Notes: generated by a model from the sequence alone, not told the origin. A stretch of 64,000 bases of DNA from Octopus vulgaris (GCA_951406725.2 OX597816.1:6696001-6760000), one strand, 5' to 3'; positions 25,945-39,348 are shown, counted from the stretch's first letter. A program made the numbers and translations.

Positions 25945-26269
25945 GGTATATAATACTAGACTGCCCAGTTATATAGTACTAAACTGACTAATATATAATA
26001 GTCACTGCTTATAACAAAAGCCGGATACGGAGACACAAACCTAACCATATCTGGCTAGATTAGAACTCACAAGCAGAGGCTTTCAATTCTGTAAACTGTG
26101 AAGAACATCCATAATACCTTTCTTCCTTCTCAATATTTCTTAATGAAAATAATTTAGTCTCAGGCTACGTTTTGTATTGTGAGTTCGTTTTTATGCCTAG
26201 CTCTCCCGCTCTGTTTTTCATGTGTGAGTGTGCGAGTCGGGGTGCAACCGTATGTGTGTGTGTGTGTGT

Positions 26270-26354
<85 letters not shown>

Positions 26355-26527
26355 TAAGTGTAGCAATTCTACTGGAAGCCGGTAGCTGAGACCTCGTTAA
26401 TACGGCCAGTGAATTTGCTGAAGAATGTGGTCATGCATGAAACTTAGAAACTACTATTCCAATTACTTATTTATATACACAAACAGTATATATATATATT
26501 TTTTTTTCTGTTTTCCCGTTTGGATTA

Positions 26528-26591
<64 letters not shown>

Positions 26592-26813
26592 CGTTATGTG
26601 GCTTGGTTGCTTTTTCTTCTCCTGTGATGCTTGTAAGAAGGTCTCCCAAACTGAAACGGACTCATTAGGTATGAATGTGCATTTGAAAAAGGCAAGCATA
26701 CGTGTGTGTAGGGTGTGTGTGTGCGTGTGTGTCTGCGTGTACGTGTGTATGTATATATGTATATATATTTCATACTTACATGTTTGTGTGTGTAGAATTT
26801 TATTTCAAAATAG

Positions 26814-26845
<32 letters not shown>

Positions 26846-26861
26846 TGTATGTATGTATGTA

Positions 26862-26915
<54 letters not shown>

Positions 26916-27589
26916 CATACATATATACATGTGTGTAGTGTGTGCATTTACACACATGCATACACATAGTAATTATTCCTAAGTGTGTCTTCTATAAGTG
27001 TATATATATGTGTGTATGCGTTTTAGTGTGTATGTACGTATATGTATGTATGCATGTATGCGTGAATGTATATCTATATATGTATGTGTATATATATGTA
27101 TATGTCTGTGTGAGCGTGTGTGTGTGCGCGCGACAGCTTGTTATTGAAAATACATTTATGCTGTCGTTTTATTCTGGATGTTTCCTCTTCCTTTATTAAT
27201 CTTTTATATTCAGCTCCATTCTGGTGGTTATTTCCGGTTGATTAGCTTCAGTTGAGTACCAAGGGAACACTTTGATATCCCTTGTTTGCCATTCGTTAAC
27301 ACTGCATTTTTTGTTGGGAGTCCGTCACCCGATATTTTGACGCCATCATAAAACAGTTCAATACGCATGAGTTACTGGCTTTACATTTCGGTAAAGCAGA
27401 ACTGGATTTCAATAGGATTAAACAAAGTCATTAGGAAATATAACGGATTAACCAACGATATTTACACTCAAGACGAGCGAGCAACGGGAGACAACTGCAT
27501 ATGTTTTTATTATTTTACAGTCGTCAGTCTATAAAGTAGACAAGTTACATGCATATCTCATGAGACAATGCAACGAGTTATGAATATTA

Positions 27590-27890
27590 CTCTTTGACAA
27601 GATCGGGAATAAAGAGATCTTATGGAATGCTGCTTTCTCTCCTGTCATGGAAATCCTCATTGATAGAAATTTACGTTGGTTCGAACATGTACATGGGATG
27701 GACAACAACAGACTACCCGAAAAAATCCTTTACTCTTGACTATGCAAGGGGAAAAGTAACCAGAGAAGACCTAAAGTGAGATTCAAAGATGCTGCAAAAA
27801 GAAATATGAAGTGGAAAGGAGTTGATTATAAAAAAATGGTAAACCCAAGTGAAAAATTGATCAGTATGGAGGAAGCTTATTTGCCAAAGC
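27590..27890 (+). pseudogene. RTE-clade LINE ORF C-terminal relic
   Basis: RNLRWFEHVHGMDNNRLPEKILYS*LCKGKSNQRRPKVRFKDAAKRNMK, resembling LRWxGHVxRMxxxRLPKxIL. Confidence 0.8.
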
Positions 27891-28066
27891 CATGAAGAGT
27901 CATGCTCACGATTAGTGATTGAACATAATAAGTAACCGTCGTTAGTGGACATATAACCTTCACCTTTGCTTACTAACACTGTAGCAGCACTTTGCAGGAT
28001 GGCCATGAAGTCATGCACCATGGGAAATATCAAGTATGCTTTATTAGCAATGAAGTAGGCAATCCA

Positions 28067-28825
28067 TTACAAATGTTCAAAGTGGTGGCCATGTAGCTCT
28101 AAACAAGTGTTCATACGGAATTTGGAATTGCGATGAACCTTCTCAAATAACTCTTCCTTGCCGTTGACTTGTTCACATGCTTCAACGATTCTTTGAAGAA
28201 GATGACCTTGGTCGCGAATCTTTTTAGAATACACAAGGGATTTAATGTATATTTCTTTACTGCCCACAAGGGGCTACACACAGAGGGGACAAACAAGGAC
28301 AGACACACGGATTAAGTCGATTATATCGACCCCAGTGCGTAACTGGTACTTAATTTATCGACCCCGAAAGGATGAAAGGCAAAGTCGACCTCGGCGGAAT
28401 TTGAACTCAGAACGTAACGACAGACGGAATACCTATTTCTTTATTACCCACAAGGGGCTAAACACAGAGGGGACAACCAATGACAGACAAACGGATTAAG
28501 TCGATTACATCGAACCCAGTGCGTAACTGGTACTTAATTTATCGACCCCGAAAGGATGAAAGGCAAAGTCGACTTCGGCAGAATTTGAACTCACAACGTA
28601 ACGGCAGACGAAATACGGCTACGCATTTTGCCCGGCGTGCTAACATTTCAGCCAGCTCGCCGCCTCAAGGGATTTAATGTGGCCCCAGAAAAAAAATTCC
28701 ATGAGAGTTAGGTCTGGTTAAGTCTGGTGACCGTCGTGCCCATTCAATTGGCTCGCGTAGCCCCAGAATGTTAGCAATTTCACATATTGCAGGACGGTGC
28801 GTGACTTTATGGCCATCCTGTAGTG
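28067..28825 (-). pseudogene. Tc1/mariner-superfamily transposase C-terminal relic, interrupted by SINE-B
   Basis: QDG..PDLTLMEFFFWGHIKSL / VYSKKIRDQGHLLQRIVEAC..CLELHGHHFEHL*. Confidence 0.8.
28249..28665 (-). mobile_element. SINE family B dimer with 15-bp TSD
   Basis: caagggatttaatgt at 28234 and 28666. Confidence 0.93.
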
Positions 28826-29412
28826 TATAACTAATTTACTAAACTGAAATTTTCAAATAACACTGGGAAAATAAAATAAATTGAGAATTTGATTATAGAA
28901 GAGCGCTGACAGCATGTTTTTCTTTTAGAAAAATGTAGTGATTCTAAATGGGTTTCATAATTTCTAATTCTTCTCAACCTCATAAATAACCAGCTTTGGT
29001 AACTGATATTTCTTACTATCGAAATGCTGTTTATATCTGCGTGTTAAGTTAATATTTTTGCTATTAATATAGAATCCCTGACGTAATCTCTTTCGTTGCT
29101 GTTGTTGTAGTTATTGTTGATATTATTTTTGAAGATATTTTATATAAAAATATATTTGTGCTGTCGACTAATGTCTTTTCATTCTTTTTGTTTAACCTCT
29201 TGTGAAGTTATCGTCGGGTTACGAAATGCAGTGAAATAGAAACTATGCTAGCAATATTCGTGAGAAGCTGGATAGAAGAACAAGCTGTGCTATAAATAGC
29301 GATCAGCCAGTATTAATAATAACTTATTTGAAGTTTCATTTCTATTTTCACATAACTTGCTTAATTTCACTCAGATGAAAAATACTTTAGTTCTGAACAT
29401 ATATTTAAATTT

Positions 29413-30424
29413 AGGTGCAGGTGTGGCTGTGTGGCAAAGGTGTAGGGGTCGCTGTGTGGTAAGAAGTTTGAAGAAACGTTTGCACGCCGGGCGAAATGCC
29501 AAGCGATATTTCGTCTGCCGTTACGTTCTGAGTTCACATTCCACCGAGGTCGACTTTGCCTTTCATCTTTTCGGGGTTGATTAAAATAAGTACCAGTTAC
29601 GCACTGGGGTCGATGTAATCGACTTAATCCCTTTGTCTGTCCTTGTTTGTCCCCTCTATGTTTAGCCCCTTGTGGGTAATAAAGAAATAGGCATTTCGTC
29701 TGTCGTTACGTTCTGAGTTCAAATTCCACCGAGGTCGACTTTGCCTTTCATCCTTTCGGGGTTGATTAAATAAGTACCAGTTATGCACTGGGGTCGATGT
29801 AATCGACTTAATCCTTTTGCCTGTCTTTGTTTGTCCTCTCTGTGTTTAGCCCCTTGTGAGTAGTAAAGAAATAGGTATTTCGTCTGCCGTTACGTTCTGA
29901 GTTGAAATTCCGCCGAGGTCGACTTTGCCTTTCATCCTTTCGGGGTTACGCACTGGGGTCGACATAATCGACTTAATCCCTTTGTCTGTTCTTGTTTGTC
30001 CCCTCTGTGTTTAGCCCCATGGGAGCAATAAAGAATTAAGAAGTTTGATTCCCAACCACACGGTTCCGGGTTCAGTCCCACTGCGTGGCAAGTGTCTTCC
30101 ACTATAACCTCGGACCGACCAAAGCCTTTGTGAGTGGATACTATAGACGGAAACTGGAAGAAGCTCTTCGTATATATATGCGTGTGTATATGCGTGAGTG
30201 CATGTTTTTGTGTCTGTGTTTCCCCACCCCCACCTCACCCACCGCTTGACAACCGGCGTTAGTGTGTTCATATCCCAGTAATATGGCGGTTCGGCAAAAG
30301 ATACCGATAGAATAAGTACCAGCCTTTAAAATAACTACGTATTGTGGTCTATTCGTTCGACTAAAAGTTCTTCAATGCGGTGCCCCAGCATGGCCGCAGT
30401 CTAATGACTAACAAAAGTAAAAGT
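29413..30424 (+). mobile_element. SINE family A split by a SINE-B trimer
   Basis: Head at 29413-29471 resumes at 30037 and runs to the tail at ~30424. Confidence 0.85.
29472..30036 (+). mobile_element. SINE family B trimer with 12-bp TSD
   Basis: taagaagtttga at 29460 and 30037; three ~184-bp units. Confidence 0.92.
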
Positions 30425-30436
30425 TAAATACAATAT

Positions 30437-30600
30437 ACTTTTCTACTCTGGGCACAAGGCCCGAAATTTTGTGGGAGGGGGCCAGTCGATTAGATCGACC
30501 TCAGTACGCAACTGGTACTTAAACTATCGTCCCCGAAAGGATGAAAGACAAAGCTGACCTCGGCGGAATTTGAACTCAGAACGTAAAGACAGACGAAATA
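30437..30600 (-). mobile_element. SINE family B, headless copy
   Basis: Core and alternative tail on the minus strand. Confidence 0.8.
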
Positions 30601-30937
30601 CAATTAAAAGCAATATTCAAGACATCATTTGAAATTCAATGGAATTTTCTGGTCATTATAGGGACATTGAAAGCAAGGACAGTTCGTTCAAAAGAAATAT
30701 TTCAGCGTTCAATTTTATGATAGAAAATAATATCCGTAACAAGAGATTACAGATTCATGGCAATAGTTCGAAACTGTGCTGGTTGTCAGTCGTGAAAATG
30801 ACTAAGAACGAATATCTAAATAAGGATGTTTATTTTACAAAACAGAAGAATGACCACCAAGGGTACCGACAGTAAGCAAACAGATCTGTCCAATTTCAAG
30901 TTTTCAAGTTTTCATCTCATTTAGAATTCGACTGAAA

Positions 30938-31520
30938 GGCAGCGAGCTGGCAGAATCGTTTGCACGCCGGACGAAATACTTTGCGGTATTTCGTCTGCCG
31001 CTACGTTCTGAGTTCAAATTCCGCCGAGGTCCACTTTGCCTTTCATCATTTCGGGGTCGATTAAATAAGTACCAGTTACGCACTGGGGTCGATGTAATCG
31101 ACTTAATACCTATGTCTGTCCTTGTTTGTCTCCTCTGTGTTTAGCCCCTTGTGGGTAATAAAGAAATAGGTATTTCGTCTGCCGTTACGTTCTGAGTTCA
31201 AATTCCGCCGAGGTCCACTTTGCCTTTCATCATTTCGGGGTCGATTAAATAAGTACCAGTTACGCACTGGGGACGATGTAATCGATTTAATCCGTTTCTC
31301 TGTCCTTGTTTGTCCCCTCTGTGTTTAGCCCCTAGTGGGTAGTAAAGAAATAGGTATCTCGTCTGTCTCTACGTTCTGAATTCAAATTCCGCTGAAGTCG
31401 GCTTTGCCTTTCATCCTTTCGGGATCGATAAATTAAGTACCAGTTACGTACTGGGGTCGATGTGGTCGCTTTTTCCCTTCCCGACAAAAATCTAGGCCTT
31501 GTGTCTATAGTAGAAAGGAT
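30938..31520 (+). mobile_element. SINE family B trimer (third unit has an alternative tail)
   Basis: One head, three cores, junction aagaaatag|gtat(t/c)tcgtctg. Confidence 0.92.
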
Positions 31521-31724
31521 TATATATGATTCTGCTGAGAAAATCGATTAGAACGCTGCCTCTGTTGTGATTGGTCAGTTTATAGCATTGATATGCCAAT
31601 GAGATATTCGGTATGCATCACTTGACTGCTTCCAATTACAATCATTTGGATGTTGGAACCAAGATATAGAAAGACGGGAGATTAGGGTCACAGTTCAGTC
31701 TGCGGTTGGATTTTGGTTGCGTGT

Positions 31725-32607
31725 GATAGAGTGAGAGGATGAGTGGGCGAGCGGGTGAGAGGAAGAGTGAGCGAGCGAGTGAGTGAGTGAGCGAGTGAGT
31801 GAGAGTGAGTGAGAGGATGAGTGAGCGAGCGAGTGAGAGGATGAGTGATCGAGTGAGAGGATGAGTGAGCGAGTGAGAGGATGAATGAGCGAGCGAGTGA
31901 GAGGATGAGTGATCGAGTGAGAGGATGAGTGAGCGAGTGAGAGGATGAATGAGCGAGCGAGTGAGAGGATGAGTGATCGAGTGAGAGGATGAATGAGCGA
32001 GTGAGAGGATGAATGAGCGAGCGAGTGAGAGGATGAGTGATCGAGTGAGAGGATGAGTGAGCGAGCGAGTGAGAGGAAGAGTGAGCGAGAGAGTGAGTGA
32101 GTGAGCGAGTGAGTGAGTGAGTGAATGAGTGAGTGAGAGGATGAATAAGCGAGCGAGTGAGAGGATGAGTGATCGAGTGAGAGGATGAATGAGCGAGTGA
32201 GAGGATGAGTGAGCGAGCGAGTGAGAGGATGAGTGATCGAGTGAGAGGATGAGTGAGCGAGCGAGTGAGAGGAAGAGTGAGCGAGAGAGTGAGTGAGTGA
32301 GCGAGTGAGTGAGTGAGTGAATGAGTGAGTGAGAGGATGAATAAGCGAGCGAGTGAGAGGATGAGTGATCGAGTGAGAGGATGAATGAGCGAGTGAGAGG
32401 ATGAGTGAGCGAGCGAGTGAGAGGATGAGTGAGCGAGCGAGTGAGAGGATGAGTGAGCGAGTGAGTGAGTGAGCGAGTGAGTCAGTGAGTGAGTGAATGA
32501 GTGAGAGGATGAGTGAGCGTGCGAGTGAGAGGATGAGTGAGTGAGTGAGAAGATAAGTGAGATAATGAGTGAGTTAGAGAATGAGTGAGTGAGTGAGTGA
32601 GTGAGTG
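31725..32607. repeat. purine-rich (GAGT)-derived minisatellite, gagtgagaggatgagtgagc-like units
   Basis: Directly visible; a higher-order block recurs about 196 bp apart (32071 and 32267). Confidence 0.93.
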
Positions 32608-33001
32608 ACAAAGCAGTAACACCCAAATCCAAATCTGTCCTAATCGATACTTATGATTCAGGGTGTTTCAGTCCATAACACCTCAACCCTTTTTCACAAT
32701 CTGCAACCGGAAGTTGTCTAGTGGTTCAACCTCCATTTTAAAACAGAATTTCAGAGGGATTTGTCTATTGCTTCTAGCACATTCAGTAAATACACAGAGG
32801 CTTCTCTTTAGGCCATGTGTTCGTTTGTTACTTCATGAGAGAGAGAGAGAGAGAGAAAGAAAGAGACAGACAGACAGACAGAGAGAGAGAAAGAGAGAGA
32901 GGCATTGGAATTGTCAATAAAACAGAATCACGAAGAGTTGCCATTACTTCTTGTAGAAGTATGATCAGACGGTGAGAGAGAAAGCGTTTGTGTGTGTGTG
33001 T

Positions 33002-33092
<91 letters not shown>

Positions 33093-33288
33093 CGTGCGGT
33101 ATTGGAATATCCAATATAACAAAATCATGAAATTGTACAACTTTCATGTTTTCGGTTGACATTACTCATAAGAGGTTTCTTCAAATGTCTGAAAACTTGC
33201 ACTTCGTTATTGATGAGAATATTTTTCATTCTGTCTTCTCGTGATATATATATATGTTTATGCATATATATATGTATATGGATATATA

Positions 33289-33328
<40 letters not shown>

Positions 33329-33363
33329 TATATACATATAGATATGCGTATATATATATGTGC

Positions 33364-33397
<34 letters not shown>

Positions 33398-33485
33398 GTG
33401 CATATATATATATGTATATATATATATTTATATATATATGTATATATATATACATATATATATATATGTATACATATATATATAC

Positions 33486-33533
<48 letters not shown>

Positions 33534-33641
33534 ACATATAAATACATATGTATACATATATACATATACACATATATATATACATATATACATATATATA
33601 CTTATATAGATATATATATACACATATATATACATATACAT

Positions 33642-33727
<86 letters not shown>

Positions 33728-33898
33728 AGTAGTAGAATGAATTATCTTGTTATGGATAATTCGGTTAACCGATACCTGGGTAGCAAATTCACATCAGAGA
33801 AGACACGTTTGAAGTTACGTGCTTTCGTGTGAAATTTGTATGTTTTTTTTTAAATATAAATATATGAAAGAATGGAGTTGAACGACGAATTAACAAAA

Positions 33899-33997
33899 TT
33901 CCTTTATTTTCGACATATGTTTCGAAGGCTGCATATTCCTAATTGCGAAGGAATAAGGAGTATATTATGCCGCTTTCTCATCAGGAAAAGCAAGGAA
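33899..33997 (-). ncRNA. type I minimal hammerhead ribozyme (inverted copy)
   Basis: Reverse complement of 35302-35400. Confidence 0.8.
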
Positions 33998-34274
33998 CTT
34001 ATGTCAACATCAAGATGCACAAAAAACTTTTAGATGACTGCTCACACGGAGCCCATATCGATAATGAGTGTCTCTTTGAAAAATTCCTTTATAAGGAGTG
34101 ACGTCAAAATGGTTGGATGTAGAAAATTCTAGAATTTTCTAAAGGTTCAAGGGTTCAAACGAAGTAGGAGAAGAGAGGCATAAGAATAGGAAGGTGAAAG
34201 GGTGCAGTTCAAATGAATGGTGAATTTTCTTTTGTGAATGAGTGTCTGTGTGTGTGACTGTATATAACTGCTTA

Positions 34275-34353
<79 letters not shown>

Positions 34354-34445
34354 ATTGTGTTTGTGGATGGGTGGATGTCAGAAAACAGACAGTGGTGAGG
34401 TGAACGGTTTGTGTCTGTGTGTTTGATTGTGCTTACTATAGATAG

Positions 34446-34716
34446 ACATTCAACTTTCAGAGATAAGAGAAAACAACACAGCACGGGACTAAGTAAATTA
34501 GTTTGGCGTCTGAAGGACAGCAATACAACTTTCAAACTGGAATGGTCCATATTGTCGGTGTCCTTCCCGTTTGACAAGGGCAGAAAACATTGTGGTGTAT
34601 GTAATTCCGAACTTTTTCATATTTTGTTCGCCAAAGTCCCTTTAATAAATACAATCGTCGAGAGGTCCTACAGATGCATGCACTGGCAAAAACACACCTT
34701 TCAATCATATGAATAA
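34446..34716 (+). pseudogene. PLE GIY-YIG endonuclease C-terminal fragment (still open)
   Basis: HSTFRDKRKQHSTGLSKLVWRLKD..EWSIL..CGVCNSELFHIL..IN..E..RCMH matches the TxLSKxxWxLK..CxxC..E..CxH pattern of PLE ORF ends. Confidence 0.8.
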
Positions 34717-35301
34717 TGATTAATATAGATAGCCCCTTGAATTTTAATTAATATAACTCTTTTTTATATATTTCACCCCCATAGTCAAAAAATCTTTTTA
34801 TACTTTCAAAGAACTACTACCCAATCCAGTGAGGTATGTGTTACCTTTGTCCCTATACCTCGCCCTCCTCTTTCTCTCTCTTTCTCTCTCTCTTTCCCTC
34901 TATCTATAGTAAGCACAATCAAACACACAGACACAAACCGTTCACCTCACCACTGTCTGTTTTCTGACATCCACCCATCCACAAACACAATCACGCACAC
35001 ACATACACACACACACACACACATTAATACAGTTATATACAGTCACACACACAGACACTCATTCACAAAAGAAAATTCACCATTCATTTGAACTGCACCC
35101 TTTCACCTTCCTATTCTTATGCCTCTCTTCTCCTACTTCGTTTGAACCCTTGAACCTTTAGAAAATTCTAGAATTTTCTACATCCAACCATTTTGACGTC
35201 ACTCCTTATAAAGGAATTTTTCAAAGAGACACTCATTATCGATATGGGCTCCGTGTGAGCAGTCATCTAAAAGTTTTTGTGCATCTTGATGTTGACATAA
35301 G

Positions 35302-35400
35302 TTCCTTGCTTTTCCTGATGAGAAAGCGGCATAATATACTCCTTATTCCTTCGCAATTAGGAATATGCAGCCTTCGAAACATATGTCGAAAATAAAGGAA
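35302..35400 (+). ncRNA. type I minimal hammerhead ribozyme
   Basis: ttttc-CTGATGA(35315)-stem II gaaagcggcata/tatgcagccttc-GAAA(35376)-c(atat)g-TC-gaaaa; intact core, GUC cleavage triplet. Confidence 0.85.
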
Positions 35401-35572
35401 TTTTGTTATTCGTCGTTCAACTCCATTCTTTCATATATTTATATTTTTAAAAAAAACATACAAATTTCCACACGAAAGCACGTAACTTCAAACGTGTCTT
35501 CTCTGATGTGAATTTGCTACCCAGGTATCGGTTAACCGAATTATCCATGACAAGATCATTCATTCTACTACT

Positions 35573-35621
<49 letters not shown>

Positions 35622-35730
35622 GTATATATATACGTATATATATATAACACCCTAGTAACTAGATATGACTAGGGTGTTAGAACGCCTACATTGCTAGAAA
35701 TAAGAGCTAAAAAGCTCTGATGCTATAGTT

Positions 35731-36075
35731 AGGTGCAGGCCTGGTTGTGTGGTTAGAAGCTTGCTTCCCAATCACATAGTTCCGGATTCACCGAGCGACG
35801 CCTTGGGCAAGTGTCTTCTACCATTACTTCAGGCCGACCAAAGCCTTGTAAGTGGATTTGGCAAACGGAAACAGAAAGAAGCCCGTCATATGTATATGTG
35901 TGTACCTGTGTGTGTGTGTGTCTTTGTGTCTGTTCCCCATCACCACTTGACAACCGATGTTGGTGTGTTTAGATCCTCATAATCTAGCGGTTCGGTAAAA
36001 GTGACCGGTAGAAGAAATACTAACTTTAAAAAATAATCCTGGGGTCATTTGGGCGCAGTCAAATAAATTAAACAA
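35731..36075 (+). mobile_element. SINE family A, diverged copy
   Basis: ccttgggcaagtgtcttcta, gccgaccaaagccttg, cttgacaaccgatg. Confidence 0.85.
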
Positions 36076-36081
36076 ATACAA

Positions 36082-36176
<95 letters not shown>

Positions 36177-36763
36177 TTTCCCTTCTCTTTCACTTCACTC
36201 TGTCCCTTTCATTTTTTCTCGTCCCTCCTTAATTCTTCTATCGCTCTGCCTCTACAACTCTCTCTTCTCTCCCCACGTGACCGGTGTTCGGTCAAGCCTG
36301 ACCTTTCTTTCTTGGTTCGACTACCATCCGTGCAACATCTGTATTCCTCCATGTGCCTGTCAAATCTTATGTCCCTGCAGTAAGGCTTTACTTCCACACA
36401 CGCCAGCTTAATTTAATTAGTCCTTAGTCGAAAGACACCTGTTGTTAGTGTCCTGCTATTTGCATTTGTATTTGTGTAACACTTCTCCGTTTTTTTCCGT
36501 CCTTGTTTTCGTATTCATTCGCAGCTTTCTTCCAAGGAATCTAATGCTCTTAGCTTAGATTTTCTTTGGGGCTGGCCAGATTGCAGCAATCTCGAGTATG
36601 ACCAGCCGAAATTGCAAAGATAATCTGGAACTCGACTGAGGAAAGAAAACTCTGAATGACCCGACCTTGTTTTCTTTGTATATTCTGTCTGGATGTTTAG
36701 TTGTGCCTTTTTTGTATCACCTAACTGTTTGGATGTTTTGCGTTCTTGCCCTATTTTTGTATT

Positions 36764-36832
<69 letters not shown>

Positions 36833-36851
36833 TAGATAGATACATAGATAC

Positions 36852-36919
<68 letters not shown>

Positions 36920-37560
36920 ATAGATATGACACCAGCACTTATTTTTAAGCTTAATACTTATACTATCGGTCGCTTTTGCTGATCCGCTAAGTTACGGGGG
37001 AGAACGTAAACATGGTTCCACCTTTGGCGCTAGATTCGAAACCATGATGTCAGATTAACAGACATTCCTTCTGCGTCCTTTATAGACGTAAGACGCTAAT
37101 CTTATTCCCTAAAATGTTTTCCTATCATGCCTATATTAATTTAGTGATTCTTCTTTCACTTAGAACTATTTTGACTTCTATTTTTAGCGAACCAGGTACC
37201 TATGTAGTACCCTGGCATAAATATATATATATATATATATATTTAGTTATTCTCTCCTGGTATATTATTAATGTTTGCTTGTATTAAATATTGCGTCTAA
37301 TGAATTTTGAAAAAAACAGGCATTAATCTCTAAGCATGGAGCATTTGGTACGTAGAATATATTTCCTATGTTGTTTGATCATTTTCATTAGTGTTACGTC
37401 TTGGATTTATTGTTTCTTTGCTGTTGGTTAATTTGGTCAAATAATTTAGTTTAATATCAAGCAATAACTACCGATCTTTGTTAGATTCTGTGAAGTGTTA
37501 CTTTTATAATAAAGGACAGTCTATCTCTCTATATTTACCTCTCTATCTATCTATCTATCG

Positions 37561-37597
<37 letters not shown>

Positions 37598-37690
37598 GCA
37601 CACATATACACACACACATACACTCACACACAAATTTCCTGTACACGTTTGAGCGTGAATGTATACGCATATTATATATTATTGGTGCAG

Positions 37691-37918
37691 CGGCGGCGAA
37701 CTGGCAGAAACGTTAGCACGCCGGGCGAAATGCTTAGCCGTATTTCGTCTGCCGCTACGTTCTGGGTTCAAATTCTGCCGAGGTCCACTTTGCCTTTCAT
37801 CCTTTCGGGATCGATAGTACCAGTTACACACTGGGGTCGATATAATCGACTTAATCTGTTTGTCTGTCCTTGTTTGTCCCTTCTGTGTTTAGCCCCTTGT
37901 GGGGAGTAAAAAATAAGA
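37691..37918 (+). mobile_element. SINE family B monomer
   Basis: Head, core and tail are present. Confidence 0.9.
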
Positions 37919-38261
37919 AACCTATAACGATACCTATCAAAAGGGTCGATGTATCCAACGTAGAGTCAACGGTGATTTAGCCCGTGTGCGGGGACAAAGA
38001 AATACAAAGATGGACCCCTAGTTCATGTTGGAACATCTAAGAGAAGGATACTCTGGTGTAAAACCTGATGACCCCTCAGCTCCTTGTCAGCCCCGCCAAT
38101 TCTGGGCCGCCAGGACGAAAGCGAATGCAGTTCTGTGAAAAGGGATGCAGTTCTGTGCACACGTCAGTCACCAGAATCAATTTCATGCGCAGAAACTTCA
38201 TGGAAAACTCATTATGCTCAAAGTCCTGTGGTGATGGAAGGTAATGGAACATAGAGGCTTG

Positions 38262-38373
38262 ACCAGGGCAAAAATCTTCAACTCCGACTCCTCTACTATT
38301 GGCACCTCCGATTCCGACTCCTCTATGTAATTAAGTGATTGTGGTCTATTTTACCGACTCCGACTCCACAGCC
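38262..38373. mobile_element. DNA-transposon/MITE end with (ACTCCG)n subterminal repeats
   Basis: actccgactcc occurs three times, ending in cgactccacagcc. Confidence 0.45.
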
Positions 38374-39035
38374 TTCACTAGCTGGAAGTATATAACTTCA
38401 AAGATGCATGAATGACTTAGAATAGTGTATCTTTTTTTTTTTTTTCAAAACTATGGTGATGGAGAGATTCAGCAGCATCTCGAGTGACTGAGCAGCCCTC
38501 TCCAGAGATAACACTCTTCAGTTGTTGAGCAAGGACGACCGACAACAGATGGTATAAATAAAGCTTACCAAATTCTGTAACCGGCCAGCAACCCCACGGC
38601 TGGAATTCTATGTTAGAATTCAAGAAATTTATAATTTTTCAAAAAGCGCTAGTATTCTCTTACTCCAGTATTCTAGTCGTCAGATAATTATTTCAAGACA
38701 GCAGATTCATCTAATTTAACAAACATCACGGATGTAAGAATAGGATCTAAAGAATCCATGATTAAAGAAATGTACGATATGTAGTGTACATCACTACTTT
38801 ACCTGATGCACTGGTGTAGTATACAATCACCAAAAACAAGAGGATAGTTCAACGATCCTCTTGACATTTTTTTGTCCTTACAAGGCTAGCCTGGGTGATA
38901 GGGTCAGTTTAGTCCTACATGAGTGTATATGTGTTTGTATGACGTATATATGAGTATGTATATATATATATATATATTCAAAATATGACCGCGTGTGTAT
39001 CGTGGGCGATTTTTTCCTCCGTCTTCCCTTCCTTG

Positions 39036-39175
39036 GATCTTTCCTTTTCCTATGTTTCTGACGAAGAGCTCCGCTCGAAACGTTAAATCCTCCTTCTTTC
39101 TTTCCTTTCCTGAGCGTTCAATAACACTATACTTGTTCCAGGTCCTCGCGTTGTTGTGTTTTCATGTTTGGATTT
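39036..39175 (+). mobile_element. PLE pseudo-LTR-like fragment with minimal hammerhead (39054-39088)
   Basis: gttt-CTGACGA-a-gagc(tcc)gctc-GAAA-cg-TT-aaat; second copy inverted at 41810-41957. Confidence 0.7.
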
Positions 39176-39313
39176 ACCATATATATATATATAATAGAAA
39201 TAGGTTTCAAAGAGAAAAGAGACTACACGTGGTATAAACAGGGAAAAGTAAAAAGAAAAGAGAAAATGCACACTGGATATAAAAAAAAATAAAGGCTTTT
39301 TTATGAAAAGTAA

Positions 39314-39348
<35 letters not shown>

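Larger units (their letters stand above)
33724..35576 (+). mobile_element. 5'-truncated Penelope-like element with inverted pseudo-LTRs
   Basis: 33724-34445 is the reverse complement of 34900-35576; the spacer encodes a GIY-YIG C-terminus; hammerheads in both arms; embedded in (TA)n. Confidence 0.9.

Noticed and set aside
31688-32632. 314-aa Ser/His/Leu/Thr-rich ORF
   Set aside because: Translation of the GAGT-derived minisatellite.
35645-35679. 12-bp perfect hairpin taacaccctagt/actagggtgtta
   Set aside because: Too short to assign; probably a TE end remnant.
38064-38130. CTGATGA...CGAAA possible hammerhead
   Set aside because: No convincing stems I-III and no NUH site in register.
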